Source: Anaerolineae bacterium (GTDB lineage Bacteria; Chloroflexota; Anaerolineae; JACRMK01). Taken from it: 64,000 nt of DNA. Positions 62,267 to 64,000 of this stretch are shown piece after piece. The notes under the pieces were generated by a model. It made no database searches, was not told where the DNA came from, and worked only from the letters and a program-made list of their open reading frames with translations. The first letter of the stretch is position 1; the number at the start of each line of letters is the position of its first letter. Where the stretch lies: NCBI GenBank assembly GCA_038198935.1, contig JBBPZQ010000127.1:824-64823 (forward strand), in the 5' to 3' direction. The translations under genes and the position numbers were made by a program.

Positions 62267-62578
62267 TTATGGAACGTTGATATCCATAATTTGCACGCGC
62301 GTCAAGTGTGCGCGGTTGCCGACACGACGGCGATAGAATTTCTTCGGCTTGTATTTCAGGCCGATCGTCTTTTTACCACGACCGTGGCCAAGAACTTTGG
62401 CGCGCACGCTCGCACCGCTTAAGTCGTCGGGTGCGAGGCGTGGCTCATCGCCGCCGATGAGCAGCACTTGATCAAATGTGATTTCATCGCCGGTCTTCGC
62501 GTCGAGCTTGCCAACCTCAATCATCTCACCGCTCGCAACGCGAAATTGCTGACCGCCGCTTTTGATAATGGCGTACAC
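62267..62578 (-). CDS. rplU: 50S ribosomal protein L21
   Basis: MYAIIKSGGQQ signature; GTG start with AGGAGG RBS. Confidence 0.95.
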   Translation of the reverse strand: MYAIIKSGGQQFRVASGEMIEVGKLDAKTGDEITFDQVLLIGGDEPRLAPDDLSGASVRAKVLGHGRGKKTIGLKYKPKKFYRRRVGNRAHLTRVQIMDINVP

Positions 62579-62649
62579 GCAGATGCCTCCTGATTTGAAC
62601 AGCGTCGGTCATTATAACAGTCGGGAGCGGAACTGTCAAAAAATTCGAG

Positions 62650-63266
62650 TCACCTCATTAAAAACGTTACCGAACGCACATCGTTGCATTGCGAGACAAT
62701 GTTACGGTGATTACGTGCTAACCAGCATTTGATCGCCTGTTGTTCACAGTCCTGCTTGTCGTAGACAGCTTGTGGCTGAATGAATTCGGGTTCGAGACTG
62801 AACACATGCGGCGAGTCGGGTGCCGCCAACACCGGCGCGATTTGGCTGTGGCTGTAGGTCGTTTGCTCGCCGTGTTGACAGCGCGTGCAGTTCGGGCAAT
62901 GCATGCGCTGGGACGAAAAGTATCGCACGCGCATGCTGTGCCGCAGCCCAAAGCGCTGCATACACGTCTTCGGCGTGTGGCACAGGACATTCGAGCGCGC
63001 AACAGATTGCCCGTCACAGCCGTGTAAGTAGTCAAGCGTTGCTGGATAGGCGGCTGTTGATACACGTGCCAGAACAACTCGCCCAACTGGCTCGGCTCAA
63101 TTGGATCCAAAATGTTGCGAATGTGGCTGTCACGGGGTATCGGTTGCACGCCAAACAGGCGCTGGGCGTTATTGCGCGCTTGGCAGCGCTGCAGATCGCT
63201 TTGATGCGCTAAAAACGAAGGGGCTTGCATGAAAAACGCCGCAAAGGCACTCAAGGCCGCATGCAA
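62650..63266 (-). pseudogene. frameshifted remnant of an IS5/IS1182-family transposase
   Basis: Frame A encodes DUF772/InsH-N-like motif GVQPIPRDSHIRNILDPIEP; coding switches frame near 62960-62990 into a Cys-rich C-terminal piece (CPNCTRCQHG); total about 205 aa, far shorter than an intact transposase. Confidence 0.35.
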
Positions 63267-63447
63267 GACGCTGCAGCTTAGATTCGGACTCGATTGACGG
63301 CAGTCGGCTAGCTCAGCGCAATTTTCGCGTAGTCGGCCCAGTCACGATTCGAGCATGGCCTGCCTCATCTGCTAAACATGAATCACCTGTGGCTCGCCAG
63401 TTTAATCAACCTCCGGTTTTCTGATAAGTCCAAATTGAGAATGGCTG

Positions 63448-63855
63448 CTATTCCGCGATAATTTTTAGCCAGACTGATCGCTGCCGCGGGCCGTCAAATT
63501 CGCAGAGGAAAATGCCTTGCCACTGTCCCAACTGCAAGTTGCCCTCGCTGATGAACACCGCCACCAAACTGCCGGTCAGGATTGTCTTGATGTGCGCGTC
63601 GGAATTCGCTTCGCTGTGCTGGTATGCGCCCTTATGAGGCACGACTTCCGCGAGTTTCGCCAGCACGTCCCGCTTCACGTCGGGATCAGCATTTTCGTTG
63701 ATGGCGACTGCCGCCGTCGTGTGCGGCACAAAGATGTGCACGATGCCCTCGCGCGACTGTGACTGATAGACTGCGCGTTGCACCTGCTCCGTAATGTCGA
63801 GCATCTGCTGACGTTGCGAGGACGACACTTGGAATACCGCCGACAATATCTTCAT
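63448..63855 (-). CDS. yjbQ: YjbQ/UPF0047 family protein (secondary thiamine-phosphate synthase-like)
   Basis: Family-wide conserved 135-aa architecture. Confidence 0.8.
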   Translation of the reverse strand: MKILSAVFQVSSSQRQQMLDITEQVQRAVYQSQSREGIVHIFVPHTTAAVAINENADPDVKRDVLAKLAEVVPHKGAYQHSEANSDAHIKTILTGSLVAVFISEGNLQLGQWQGIFLCEFDGPRQRSVWLKIIAE

Positions 63856-63916
63856 GCATTCATTCTAGCAAAGTTTTGACAGCTCCTTCGTTCGCTGATA
63901 GAATTTTTCTATTCTC

Positions 63917-63989
63917 GGCCCGTTCGTCTAGTGGACTAGGACGCCGCCCTCTCAAGGCAGAAACGGGGATTCGAATTCCCCACGGGCCA
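63917..63989 (+). tRNA. tRNA-Glu (anticodon CUC)
   Basis: Cloverleaf: acceptor ggcccgt/acgggcc, T-arm gggga-ttcgaat-tcccc, anticodon loop cuCUCaa, 4-nt variable loop; close to canonical tRNA-Glu; no encoded CCA. Confidence 0.8.
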
Positions 63990-64000
63990 TCGCTGGTTAT

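Overview
64 kb window from a high-GC (roughly 60-65%) bacterial chromosome, almost fully coding on both strands. Gene content points to a monoderm, Chloroflexota-like organism: ATP-type PEPCK, long-form HPF, a Tad locus without a secretin and large GT-C membrane glycosyltransferases. This lineage call is a weak inference. Housekeeping genes include ileS, lspA, rluD-like, lon, mdh, icd, pckA, tdk, rpmE-rpmA-rplU, hpf and a 3' tRNA-Glu(CUC). The two large accessory blocks are: (i) 16.2-29.6 kb, a two-component system followed by a complete Tad/Flp type IVb pilus locus. It comprises an flp pilin gene of 48 aa that the ORF track misses, two tadE-like pseudopilins, a 1040-aa Kelch plus DUF11 surface protein, cpaB, a REC-domain cpaE/tadZ, cpaF/tadA, tadB and tadC, then a translationally coupled DUF192 gene and a ComFC-like gene. 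(ii) 30.3-43.6 kb, a minus-strand glycosylation cluster with two GT2 genes, a lipoprotein, a 1008-aa GT39/ArnT-like GT-C, a 633-aa DUF2079-like protein and a 939-aa polytopic membrane protein. The GT-C and DUF2079-like proteins share a repeated C-terminal beta-domain. This cluster is interrupted by a plus-strand three-gene cassette of histidine phosphatase, DUF3090 and a SCO1664-family PI3/4-kinase-like protein. Other notable items: a T-box leader with promoter and terminator upstream of a stand-alone AlaX-type editing protein; a family of GC-rich palindromic about 100-bp elements inserted IN FRAME inside three CDSs (ileS, a GT2, the 939-aa membrane protein), plus a second, AT-richer nested-palindrome element also in frame; REP-like intergenic palindromes; a TtuA/TtuB-like tRNA thiolation pair; L31 with a roughly 150-aa disordered tail; a low-GC membrane-protein islet; and an IS5/IS1182-type transposase remnant beside the ribosomal protein genes. 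No CRISPR array or rRNA was seen. Coordinates for motifs I derived by hand may be off by 1-3 nt.
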